Assembly: GCF_006345805.1 (NCBI RefSeq)
Contig: NC_042998.1
Location: 101,494,001-101,558,000, forward strand
DNA from: Octopus sinensis
Taxonomy: Eukaryota
DNA: 64,000 bases
Direction of reading: 5' to 3'
The notes under the pieces are model-generated. The model was not told where the DNA came from. It did no database searches and was given only the letters and a program-made list of their open reading frames with translations. Positions 39,677 through 51,717 of the stretch are shown here, one piece after another; the first letter of the stretch is position 1; each line of letters starts with the position of its first letter. The translations under genes were made by a program, and so were the position numbers.

Positions 39677-42455
39677 CACATACACGCTGCAAATGCTAAA
39701 GAATATTGACTAAAAGGATGCGGCTGATGTTTGGGTGGAAAATCGGTAGAAAAATCGCTGCAAGAAAAACGCGTAAATAGAGAGAACGAAAGGGTCCGAA
39801 GTATTAGTCGGAAAACTTAAGAAAAAGTGGACTCTGCCAAAGATAACTGAGCAACAGTAGTGATATTAAACAGCTGGATATTTGGTTTAGTATACAAGAT
39901 CTAGAAAGGAAATATAGATATGTATATGTATGTATATTGAAGAACTGCACTCTTCAAAACTTGCACTAAGAATAAGTACAAGGTAAAATTACCACCTGCT
40001 TTTATAGCAAGTTGAGGCAGGCAGTTTATCCCGCCCCTTTCTAACTTTTATATATATATTGGATGACCCAATATACATAGAATTTATTTTCAAAGTGCTA
40101 CGCAGACAGAATGAAATTATAACCATGTCGCTGCAAAACAAAGTTCTAAACCACGCAGCTATTTTTGGAAGCTTATATGCTATGTATTCGTATAAATATA
40201 TGAAAATAAATGTTTCAATACTGTTTCTACTGAGTAAGTTTTGGTAGCAAACATAATGCGCTGCCAGGTAGACTGTACATTTCATTACATTATGCAGTAC
40301 TTTCTTATATTTGAAAAATGCTTTCTATCTAGGATCTTTGATTATGAGAAAGAATTTCCATGAATAATTTCATAAAAAGGATTAAAAGAAAGAAATGAAA
40401 AAATATTCCGGATTTTTTTAGTTACTATACTATTGCATATTCATCCACTTCTTACACATATACACGCACGCACACACACATACAAACATGATTGTCTTGA
40501 TCTTATTCTGTTGATACTCTAATATTTGAGGGAATTCTCGTTGATCACGCAGGTGAGAACTAAATTACATGTTACTGTGTACATAAGATATAAGACGGCA
40601 TATGTGACGCCTCAAGTACAGTCATTAAATAAAAATTATGACTATGAAAACGTATAGTTTCAGAAAACATGCACAACAAAAATTGAAAACAGCGAAAAAA
40701 AATCTAATATGAATACAGATGAAAATAAGTGAATAGAAAAAGTAAAATACATATGCACATGCATACTCATACATGTGCAACTGCACATGTACACACACAT
40801 GCACCCTCATATCCCAAGGGCGACGCTTAAATATCCATATAGGGACACACACACATCGCACACAAGCACACGTAAAGATATAAACATACATATACGCATG
40901 TATAATGTAAATGAAATATAACCAACCTCCGTCAATTTCGAGGACGAAGATTCAGTTGTTTGAACTACCTCCTCATTAAATAACTATATTAAATAACTAT
41001 ATGTGCATAACTATAGAAGTCGTTGTGTACTCCATATGTGTCAATCCTCAGGTACAAGAAACATAAAATATGTGATAAAACTGCACCATTAAATCAGAAA
41101 TGGATTGTATTCCACAGGATTCCGCAGAGTTTCCGTTTACTCAGACTCCCCCGTTACGCTTCGGTCCATCCAAAACTATGGCAAACGACACTTGCTTAAG
41201 ATGTCACACGGTGGATCCGATCCCTTCATCTTATGTTTCCGAAGGAAGTTCTTAAAGCTTCTACCTATGCGGCATCCATATGTATATTCCCAAGCAGACG
41301 ACCACAAGCACCTATAATATCACTCCGCTTGCAACCATAAATATATCCAGACATACATATACACGCGTACACACATACAAATATATATCATTGATAACAC
41401 AAGCCTAATATTCTTATCGCTTCTTTCAAATTTTCTCATGATTTTCTTGAAGTCTGTTTCGAATAGTGGAGTCTGAAAATGCGGCTTACCCGGCCTGTGT
41501 GAACTATCAGTCACTGAAATTCCAATATCATCTTGGATGGGATACCAGTCCGTCACAAGGTTAGTCATTTACAGCTGAGTGCACTTGAGCAACATGAAAT
41601 GAAGCTTTTTGCTCAAGAGCACAATTCACCGTCCATGATGGGAATCGAGACCACGATCTCATACATTCGAATAGTGACGTTCATAAATTTATCCTTCACG
41701 TTTCTAGATTTTAATAGCTTCCTCTTTAATTCAAAATGATGTTAGTATATATTACACTCTGCTTATATTAGGCTATATCAGTGTGAATGGTGAATACATT
41801 TTCGTAAAACTTTAAACTTTTTACCGTTAGATTTATACGTCATCAGTTAAGTGTGAGCGAGAAGTGTAGTAAATGAATTAGATATACCTTTACTAATAAC
41901 CAGACGAACAGATTTTCAATAATCTCATAAAACGCAACACAAAATTTCTTGTTCTAAACCATTAGTTAGCACCAAAATAACGTTGTAGCTACACTAACAT
42001 TACAAACATTATCAATAACAAACAGTTGTCCTGTTAATCAGTAAAGAAGCTATTAATAGATTCTTTGATATGTTTTATGAATTTGATTGCAAATTTAAAA
42101 GTTGTATTCTTGGGGAGATCAATATTATATTGGCCATACAAATAAAAACTCTCCCGGTGGGTCAGCATTGTATTAAAACAGGGAGTAATTGCATACATAA
42201 AGGAAAACACGCAGATAAAATTAATCTTCCATAAAAAGAGGCGATTAAAAGTCATAGAACTGCGTAATAACTGTCAGAGAATGACATAAAACTAAACTAT
42301 TACAATATAATTCTAATGAAAATACATTTTACAGATGACATAAATTTAATGGTCAAAATTTCAGATGCTGGCGGTAATGTCTACACCAATTACAATCCCC
42401 CTGCTAACTACAGAGAAACAGGAATACTGACCAACATTACTTAATCCAAAAGATG

Positions 42456-42780
42456 TGAGGGCGCGTGGCTTAGTGGTTAGGGCATTCGGCTCATGATCGT
42501 AAGGTTGTGAGTTCGATTCCCGGCGACGCGTTGTGTCCTTGAGCAAGACACTTTATTTCACGTTGCTCCAGTCCACTCAGCTGGCAAAAATGAGTTGTAC
42601 TTGTATTTCAAAGGGTCAGCCTTGTCACTCTCTGTGTCACGCTGATTATCCCCGAGAACTACGTTAAGGGTACACGTGTCTGTGGAATGCTCAGCCATTT
42701 GCACGTTAATTTCACGAGCAAGCTGTTCCGTTGATCGTATCAGCTGGGACCCTCGTCGTCGTAACCGGCGGAGTCCTTAA
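42456..42780 (+). mobile_element. CORE-type SINE, family B, full length with TSD
   Basis: Same head and core as 37510; 13-bp TSD AATCCAAAAGATG at 42443-42455 and 42781-42793. Confidence 0.9.
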
Positions 42781-42892
42781 AATCCAAAAGATGATGTCAT
42801 AAACATTTAGAACATTGCCGATTGACTTACGATTTTGATAATAAAAGTAGCATTGGGTCGAAATTTCAATTACTTCAATATCAGGTATTAAT

Positions 42893-43826
42893 TTAGGATA
42901 GCTGGCTTCCTGGTGATGCACAAACTCCTGAATTCAAACCCGCATGGCTTTCGCTGTAGTAGGGACTGTCTAATACAGCTCTTACACCTAGGCAGCCGGT
43001 TCGAACTCTGATTTCATACATCTTGATTTCAGTAATGCGTATCTTACTCTCAAATTTGGCAAATATTGGAATCCGTGGAAAACTTCTACACTGGACGGTG
43101 TATTTCCTGGCGAACAGCACACATGTTGTGGCCGATGGCGTCCACTCAAGCCCAGAAACAATCAAAAGTGGTGTTCCTCGGGAGATTGTCTTGAGCCCGC
43201 TCCTCTTTATAATCTACATAAACGATCTTTCCAGCGTCGTAAAACACAGCAAAGTGAAAATATTTGCTGATGACATTAAGCTCCAGAAAATCATCAATGA
43301 AGAAAAAGACCGAACTCAACTCCAGTCTGATCTACATCCTGTGCGTCAATGGGCAGACAAATGCAAAATGCAACAAAACGAGGGAAAATTTGAACTGATG
43401 TATTTTGGAAAAAAGACTATGCTAAAACAACCACACTCTATTCCTTTAGGGAAACCTCTCACAGCATCTAATAGAAACCTAGGAGTAATTGTTGATAACA
43501 ACCTCAATAAGGTCGATATAGCTCGTAGGATGAGCTCCTGGATCCTAAGAACATTCCGGTCCAGAGATCAAGGTGTCATCATACCACTTTTCTCCTCCTT
43601 TTTACGGCCACACCTCGATAACTGCTGCCCCCTGTGGTTTTCCCATGCAAAACAAAACTTCTCGAAAATTGAATCACCCCAGAGGACATTCACAAAACAA
43701 ATTAATGGCATGGCTAATCTCGATTTCTTGGACCGCCTTAAAGCATTGAAACTCTACTCTTTCCAGTGCACCGCGAGCGATAATCATTTGCACGTTGTGG
43801 AGAATATACCACCAGCATTGCCCAAA
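42893..43826 (+). mobile_element. CR1-group LINE RT fragment, older relative of the 13762 copy
   Basis: ORF 43023..43898 SGVPREIVLSPLLFIIYIND, KIFADD, LRPHLDNCCPLW; colinear with 14177-15190, with deletions. Confidence 0.9.
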
Positions 43827-44059
43827 TTTTATTTAATTTGCTTTGTTGGTGCAACTCTTCTATCGAAAGCTTATATTGTTGTTAAATCCTCCACATAAGA
43901 GATTAGAAAAACAGCCACCAACTGATGAAGGGTCGTTCTTTACGTTTGCTTTGTTTTCCATTTGTGTCTTCCGTTGTTCGAAAGAATAGATCATGTTCCA
44001 TATACTCGCGCTTCGTACTTTTTTGTTGTACATGTTTCATGACATCTTGTGCCCACATA

Positions 44060-44107
<48 letters not shown>

Positions 44108-44869
44108 TTAGAGGGAGACAAGAGCGAAGTGGGATTGTAATGTTGAGTATTTTGAGAATAGATTATTTATCGCCCGATGTTTGCAGGTGAATATTACAGT
44201 GCTGCCTTCATTGTCATGATACCATTAATCATGATACTGAATATTTTATAGATCAAGAGATGTTTCTACGATTAATGGCTCTACAAATGCATGAATGTAA
44301 AACACTCAGTACAATTTAAATTTTACGAAAAAATCAATTTGTTTAATAGCAAATGGAAGTAGTAAACAAAATATATATTTTTTTTATATTTCTCAATTCA
44401 AACCAAGAAATTATTTCCTTTATTACCTGAACATTATTAAGATTTGTTCCTATAATATAACATCTCATGTTTAAAAGAATATGGCTTTTATATACTGGAA
44501 ACCATATTTTATATTTTTCCCCTGTTTTTCTTCTTCACGCATTCTATCATCTTCACTTCACCGCCAAATTCTCCAGTCACTTATACTTCAAAGGTATTCT
44601 CATTTTTTCTGTTTATCTGAAAATTAACTTTACAAAACAAACTCCATTAAACTCGATATAGTGGAATCCATAAACCTTATGTAAACGATATTCTCATATT
44701 GTCATCCTTTTATTATAGATTAGCTACCTGTTCGATTTGATGATTCGAACAATTTGATAACATGCAACCTATATTCACCCAACACATTGACTCTTTTTGG
44801 AATGAGCAATGCCCACATTTCTTCATGCATGCACAAATACATACATACATACATACATACATACATACA

Positions 44870-44905
<36 letters not shown>

Positions 44906-44908
<3 letters not shown>

Positions 44909-47290
44909 ATTATATCACCATTTTCAAATGCAAGCCCAGCCTTTTTTATGGCCTTCCTAAAATCCATAAAAACAAATACATCACCGAAGCCTGCAAACTC
45001 TCCACTGACATCCACATCAACATCAAAGCACCGGAGGACCTAAAACTAAGGCCCATCGTGGCTGGTACCTCCTGTGAAACACACCGCCTGAGTAACTTCC
45101 TAGACATCATTTTGAAACCTTTCCTTACCCACATCAAAAGTTTCATTAGGGATGATCTGGACATGCTCAAACACCTCCCGAAAACAGTTAACGAGGAGGC
45201 ACTCCTGGTATCCTTTGATGTCATCAACCTCTACACCAACATTCCACACGAGTATGGTATAGAGGCAATTTACTTCTGGCTAGAAAAACACCCAGAGACA
45301 TTCCCTGACCGCATTAACAAGTCTGTTATTACAGAATCTCTTAAGTTCATTCTGACAAACAATTTTTTTCTCTTCGACGACACACACTACCGTCAAAAAT
45401 GTGGCATTGCGATGGGTACCAAGGCTGCACCAGTCCTTGCGAACCTCATAATGGGTTACTTCGAACTGTCACTCTATGAAATATCAAGCCAGAAATTTGG
45501 ACAGTTTTCCACACCTACCTAATGGAAAACTGGAAAAGGTATTTAGATGATTGTTTCATCATATGGAAAGAACCTTATGAAAAACTCCTGGAATTCAAAA
45601 CCATACTAAACAACATACATCCCAACATCCAATTCACTATGGAATTAAGCAAACATCATCTCCCATTCCTTGATCTCCTAATTATAAAAACACCTAAGAA
45701 CCAAATCATAACAGACATCTACCACAAACCTACAGACTCACAACAATACCTCCTCTTTAGTTCATGCCACCCAAAACACCAAGACAAATATCCCTTTCAA
45801 TTTAGCTAAAAGGGTATGCACCATTGTCTCGGATCCAAAAACACGAGAAATACGCCTTCAAGACCTCAAAAAAACACTATTACAACGTCAATATCCCTCC
45901 ACCCTTATAGAGTATGGAATAAAACGCGCCAAAGAACTAGACAACACTACACTGAAAACCACCCAACCTAACACCACACACAACCTCAAAATACTTCCAT
46001 ACATTTCCACCCACAACCCCAAAAATATCGAAGCATACACCACAATCATACAAAACCTCAGTCTACTGTCAACAGACCCAAAAATGAAAAACATTATAAA
46101 TACACACAAAATCCTCAAATGCAAAAGGCAACACAAATCTTTAAAAAAACTCTTGACAAATGCCAAACTTCACACACCACATCCACCCCCAACAGTAAAA
46201 AAATGTGCACGCTCAAACTGTGGTACCTGCCCCTTTCTACTTGAAGGCTCTGAATTTACCTTCAAACAAGGTACGAAGTTTAAAATCAAGACTAACTTCT
46301 CCTGTTCCTCCGAGAACCTTATCTACGCTCTCACATGCGCTGGTTGCCAACATAATTATGTTGGACAAACGAGTCTCCCGTTACGTAAACGAGTAACGGT
46401 GCATAAAGAACAAATAAATCTCCCGGAATACCGACAAATTCCACTGAGTGACCACTTAGACTCATGTGCTAAAGACTTAAACCCCAAATTCTATATATTC
46501 CCCTTCTACCAATGTAAAGACGGTATCACCACACAGGAGAGAATTAACAAGGGGAATCTCTTTATTGAAAAATTCCAAACACAACTTAATATGCAAACTC
46601 CTCGTTGATCAAACTTCCTTTCTCTACCTCACTCTTCATGGATGGACTAACACAAATATATAAAGATACCATGCATTCATCACTTCAAGCTAAAACTTAT
46701 ATTCTTTAAATATCATTTTTACTATTGTTGTTATTACTATCATTTTTATTATAAATGATATGACAATTTGAAATGCAATTGTCTATGCAGATTTATATTA
46801 TTAGAAAATAATATAAATAAAGTGTTAAAATCTGAAAGTTAAGTTAACAAGCAATTATATAAAAAAGATAATGCAAATGAAGCTAAAATGATAGTTTTAT
46901 AATTTGGGTTTTATTGAAGAACTCAAAAGAGTTGTCTCCCCTTACCCACAACACAGGAACTGAAGAACCAGGACCACAATTACTACTACTTCCTGTCCTG
47001 CAACATGCTGAATTTAACAACACAACACATCACATGCTCTTAATCCCTTTGGATCTTAACACCTCAAGGTAATTTTTTGGTAAACAACCATAAAACTCAA
47101 GATACACAACGAACTCACAATGTATCGGAGAACTTATTTTTTAATTTTTGTACATTTTTATCATTATTCTTTTACAAAAAACCATGCAATTTTCTTTTTT
47201 TCCCATTTCTAATTTTTAAAATAACTTCTTAAAACATAAATATTCTTGACAAGTCATACAATGACGAAAACCGGTTGAATAAATATATAT
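44906..47290 (+). mobile_element. Penelope-like retroelement (Neptune/Naiad-like), 5'-truncated: RT + GIY-YIG + 3' UTR/pLTR
   Basis: FYGLPKIHK, LRPIVAG, LVSFDVINLYTNIP, GIAMGT, RYLDD, LPFLDL, IYHKPTD, linker CARSNCGTC, NLIYALTCAGCQHNYVGQT..R...H; two frameshifts near 45515 and 45780; 5' end abuts (TA)n. Confidence 0.95.
47241..47281 (+). ncRNA. Hammerhead ribozyme motif with U3-A8 variant core
   Basis: tattc-TTGACAA-gtca-tacaa-tgac-GAAA(A)CCGGTT-gaata: perfect stem I, stem II closed by G-C, palindromic stem III. Confidence 0.65.
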
Positions 47291-47352
47291 TTATATATTT
47301 TCTTTCATTTGAGCGTTCTGCATTTTTAAAAAAAAATTTTCCTTACTATATA

Positions 47353-47399
<47 letters not shown>

Positions 47400-47400
47400 T

Positions 47401-47513
47401 ATAAGGTTGTCCCAAAAGTTCGTAGAAAGTCTTGGAAAATAATGGTCTTTATTTTGAGGAATAATTTTTGTTGATTTTCGCAAGTGTTTACGAACTTTTG
47501 GGACAACCTAATA
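47401..47513. mobile_element. Mariner-type MITE
   Basis: TIRs AGGTTGTCCCAAAAGTTCGTA / TACGAACTTTTGGGACAACCT within (TA)n. Confidence 0.9.
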
Positions 47514-47529
47514 TATATATATTTATATA

Positions 47530-47967
<438 letters not shown>

Positions 47968-48051
47968 TGTATATATATATATATATATATATTAAATATA
48001 TATATATATATATATATATATACTATATCTATATATACATATATATATTCA

Positions 48052-48425
48052 TTTATTCTTTTACTTGTTTCAGTCATTTAACTGCGGCAATACTGGAGCG
48101 TCACCTTTAGTCGAGCAAATAGACTCCAGGACTTATTCTTTGTGTGCCTAGTACTATTCTATCGGTTTTTGCCGAATCGCTAGGTTACGGGGACGTAAAC
48201 ACATCAACAGTAGTTGTCAAGCGCTGTTAGGGGGACAAACATAGACAGACATACTATATATATATATATATATAATATATATATATATTTAACAGGACGG
48301 GCTTCTTTGAGTTTCCGTTTACCAAATCCACTCACAAGGAGAAGAGAGTTGTCCGAGGTGACACGCAGTGGGACTTAACCCGGAACTATGTAATTCGTAA
48401 GGCACGCTCCTTACCGCACAGTCAC
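48052..48425 (-). mobile_element. SINE family C
   Basis: Colinear with 21040-21440, including the internal (TA)n. Confidence 0.8.
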
Positions 48426-48469
48426 TATATATATATATATATAATATATATATATATTATATATATATA

Positions 48470-48703
48470 TATATGTATGTATATGTGTGTATATGTTTGT
48501 GTGTGTGCTTGTTCCCCCAACATCGCTTAACAACCGATGCTGGTGTGTTTATTTCCCCGTAACTTAGCGGTTCGGCAAAAAGAGACCGATGGAAGAAGTA
48601 CTAGGCTTACAAAGAATACGTCCTGGGCTCGATTTGCTTGACGAAAGGCGGTGCTCCAGCATGGCCACAGTCAAATCACTGAAAGAAGTAAAAGAGTAAA
48701 AGT
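48470..48703 (+). mobile_element. SINE family C, 3' half
   Basis: CCCCGTAACTTAGCGGTTCGGC...GGTGCTCCAGCATGGCCACAGTCAAAT..CTGAAAGAAGTAAAAG. Confidence 0.8.
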
Positions 48704-48779
48704 GTAATATATATATATATATATATATGTGTGTGTATGTGTGTGTGTGTGTGTGTATGAATATATGTATATATATATG

Positions 48780-48985
48780 TTGATTCGTTAGCTACTGCAC
48801 GCATTTTTTTTCTCTCCTTCTTTCTGTGTTTTTCTCTCTCTGTGTATCTTTCTGTTGAAGAGCGTAGGCTCGAAACGTTAAAGACTTGTTTTATTTATAT
48901 TTCCTGAGCGCCATACTAATACAATTGTTCGTTTGTCTTCCACCTGCCTTCGTCTTTTGTTTATTTTCATAAAGCTTCCCGTTAT
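48780..48985 (+). mobile_element. Short HHR-bearing Penelope-like repeat (HHR at 48847-48884)
   Basis: tcttt-CTGTTGA-a-gagc-gtag-gctc-GAAAC-GTT-aaaga (A6-to-U in core); flanked by (TA)n. Confidence 0.65.
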
Positions 48986-50374
48986 ATATATATATACATA
49001 CATCCATCCGTACACACACATACATATATCAGTTTCAGCAACAATGATGTAAAATGGATTTTATAATGTAATCCCATCTTCCTAGATAAGCAGTTTATCT
49101 CCTTATCTAAGTTGCTATTTTGTTATTTTAAAAGGATATATGCTGTTCTGTAGTAAAGCTACAAGGCGTAATGAGGTTACAATCGAGGAAAAACAATTGC
49201 ACAATATAATACGTCCAAAATATTAAAAAATCATATGAAATTTCTTTGTACGACCGCGGGTATGTTAGTCTCTATTATCAAATTTTCCAGTATTATCGTA
49301 GGTTTTGTAGCTGTTCTAAGAAATATAAAATGCGAAACTATTTAACGTCTATTAATGTCATGTGTTCATTTTTAATTAAAAATCGATGGGGGCTGTGCGA
49401 ATTTGTTTATGATTTAGCAGCTGTCAAATTGTTAATGTTCCTAATAACCTGGGGCAGATTAATATGAAATGCTAATAAAAAGAAACAAAATATAAGAAAA
49501 ATGTAAGTAAAACAAAACTAGAAATTTTGAGAAAGTGCAAGATATTTTCTTGAAGCTCCAAATAATGCAAACGCCGCGATGGAAATAATTTTGTATTTCG
49601 TAAATACAAATATATTAAAAAAATATGTAAGTCAAGGAAGATAGAAATTTGAATAAGTTGAACTCAGCAGAGATTGTTTATTTTATTTACATAGAACGTT
49701 GTCCCAAAATTCACAGCTGACATTGCTAAAATATGATCATAGAGCTGCTAGATACGAAACATTTTTCTATAATTAAGTATTACCAACTATACCACTCACT
49801 TATTTAGTGACATGTATGATATTATTGAAGGTAATTTAGCGATAGATACAAGATGGTGGTGGGGTATAGGATACATTTTACAGAATATTTCGGTTCTTAA
49901 TTTTTTTTGCGTCTTTCTCACACATTCACCCACACATACTCAGGCAGTTTTGTATTAAATAAATGCATAACTAAGTAAATTTTGTCGAATGACAACTTTT
50001 CTATCGAAAGTTAATTTATTATTGAGGCACAAGGAAGAAAAATATGAAGGATACTGCAAATATGGTATAATAATCATACTGGTTGGGATCTGAACATGGA
50101 AACTAGGAAAACGGATATATGCTATACATTTTCGAAGATTTTCACCAAATAAAATTAATTCACCAATTTGTCAATTCCTCGCTTCACTCTTAGGAATTCA
50201 GCGTATGGAAAATACATACGTACTGCATATATACATACATGCATACATGCATATATACAAACATACATACGTATCTTTTAAGTATATATGGGCATATCTA
50301 GATATGCAAGTTATGCATGAGAAGATATACATAAAGTAAAACATACAAATCTGCACATATACTATATACATACA

Positions 50375-50453
50375 AAAATAACCCGTTGTTCTAGGTTAGA
50401 AATCGGCCCTTTCTCTATTGGCAAGAATTCTTGAAATAAAACTGAATAATGAC
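50375..50453 (+). mobile_element. R4/Dong-like 3' UTR remnant
   Basis: GTTAGAAATCGGCCCTTTCTCTATTGG resembles the 3' UTR of the 19881 copy (GTTGGAAACCGGCTCCCTTCTCAGTGG); followed by (TACA)n. Confidence 0.5.
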
Positions 50454-50476
50454 GTACATACATACATACATTCATG

Positions 50477-50510
<34 letters not shown>

Positions 50511-50567
50511 ATATCTTTGTGTGTGTATTTGTGTGTGTGTGTGTGTATGTGTGTATGTATATGTATA

Positions 50568-50620
<53 letters not shown>

Positions 50621-51489
50621 TATATATAGGTGTGTGTGGGAAAAGTGCGTACGTGTATGGAATGTGCTGGTGCGTGAAATGTTGCAAATCATTCTCTCGG
50701 GATACCAGTTCCCAATACGAACTTCCAGAGTATTGTGTATTACTCAATATATAAGGATTTAATCTTATAGTTGCTTTCACTACATGCTGTTACGCTTGTA
50801 GTGAGAAATTTGAACACAGCGAAAGTCAGCGAACTTTCCAAGTAGTTCCTGGCACAAAGGGCATGCTAGATCTGCTTGAATAAACAATTTCGATGAAAGA
50901 TTGCAGACCTCTTGAGTCCAGAATCTTGGATGATAACATAACACCACCTAAAGGAAATAACAATAGAATCTCCCTCGCTAACTCACACACACACACACAT
51001 GCAGACACACACGCTAGCACGCGCATGCACACGCACACGCGCTCTCTTTTTCTCTCACACACACTTATCTCTCTCTCTCACACACACTTATCTCTCTCTC
51101 TCACACACACTTATCTCTCTCTCTCACACATCTCTCTCTCACAAACATATCTCTCTCGCGCACACATCTCGATTCATACTTAACTGTGTTGTTTTGTGTG
51201 TGTGTGTGTGTGTGCGTGTGTATGCGTGTGTGCGTGCAGGTGTGTGTGTGTTTGTGTGTGTATATCGCAGCAACATATCTATTCTATAAATATCATAAAA
51301 TGTAAAACGTATTCATGCAAAATGTTTTGTGTGCGGAGAACGAGAAATAGTAAAGAAATTCATATCGTATATGTGAAGCGATGAAACATGATACAGTACA
51401 CCTACACGGAAAGCGCATACACATAAAGGCAGTGTCTCCGGCATGGTAGCGTATGTTATTTTAACATTCTTTTAATATGTATAATTAAT

Positions 51490-51620
51490 ATGAGTTCAAC
51501 TGTAGTCGAGGTCGATTTTGCCTTTCATTCTCTCGGTGTCGATAAAATAGGCACCAGTTCAGAGCACTGGGGTTAATATAAATGTCTTACCCCTTCCCCG
51601 AAAATTGCAGGCCTTATGCA
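51490..51620 (+). mobile_element. SINE family A, partial
   Basis: GAGGTCGATTTTGCCTTTCATTCTCTCGGTGTCGATAAAATAGGCACCAG core. Confidence 0.7.
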
Positions 51621-51633
51621 ACTACATACGTTA

Positions 51634-51717
<84 letters not shown>

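Noticed and set aside
43830-44065. CTGATGAAGG at 43922 as a hammerhead
   Set aside because: I could not build a convincing stem II or stem I with either nearby GAAA; probably a decayed Penelope terminus.
44906-46608. Selenocysteine-recoded (Naiad-type) Penelope ORF
   Set aside because: Breaks are frameshifts, not in-frame TGA codons, and I identified no SECIS.
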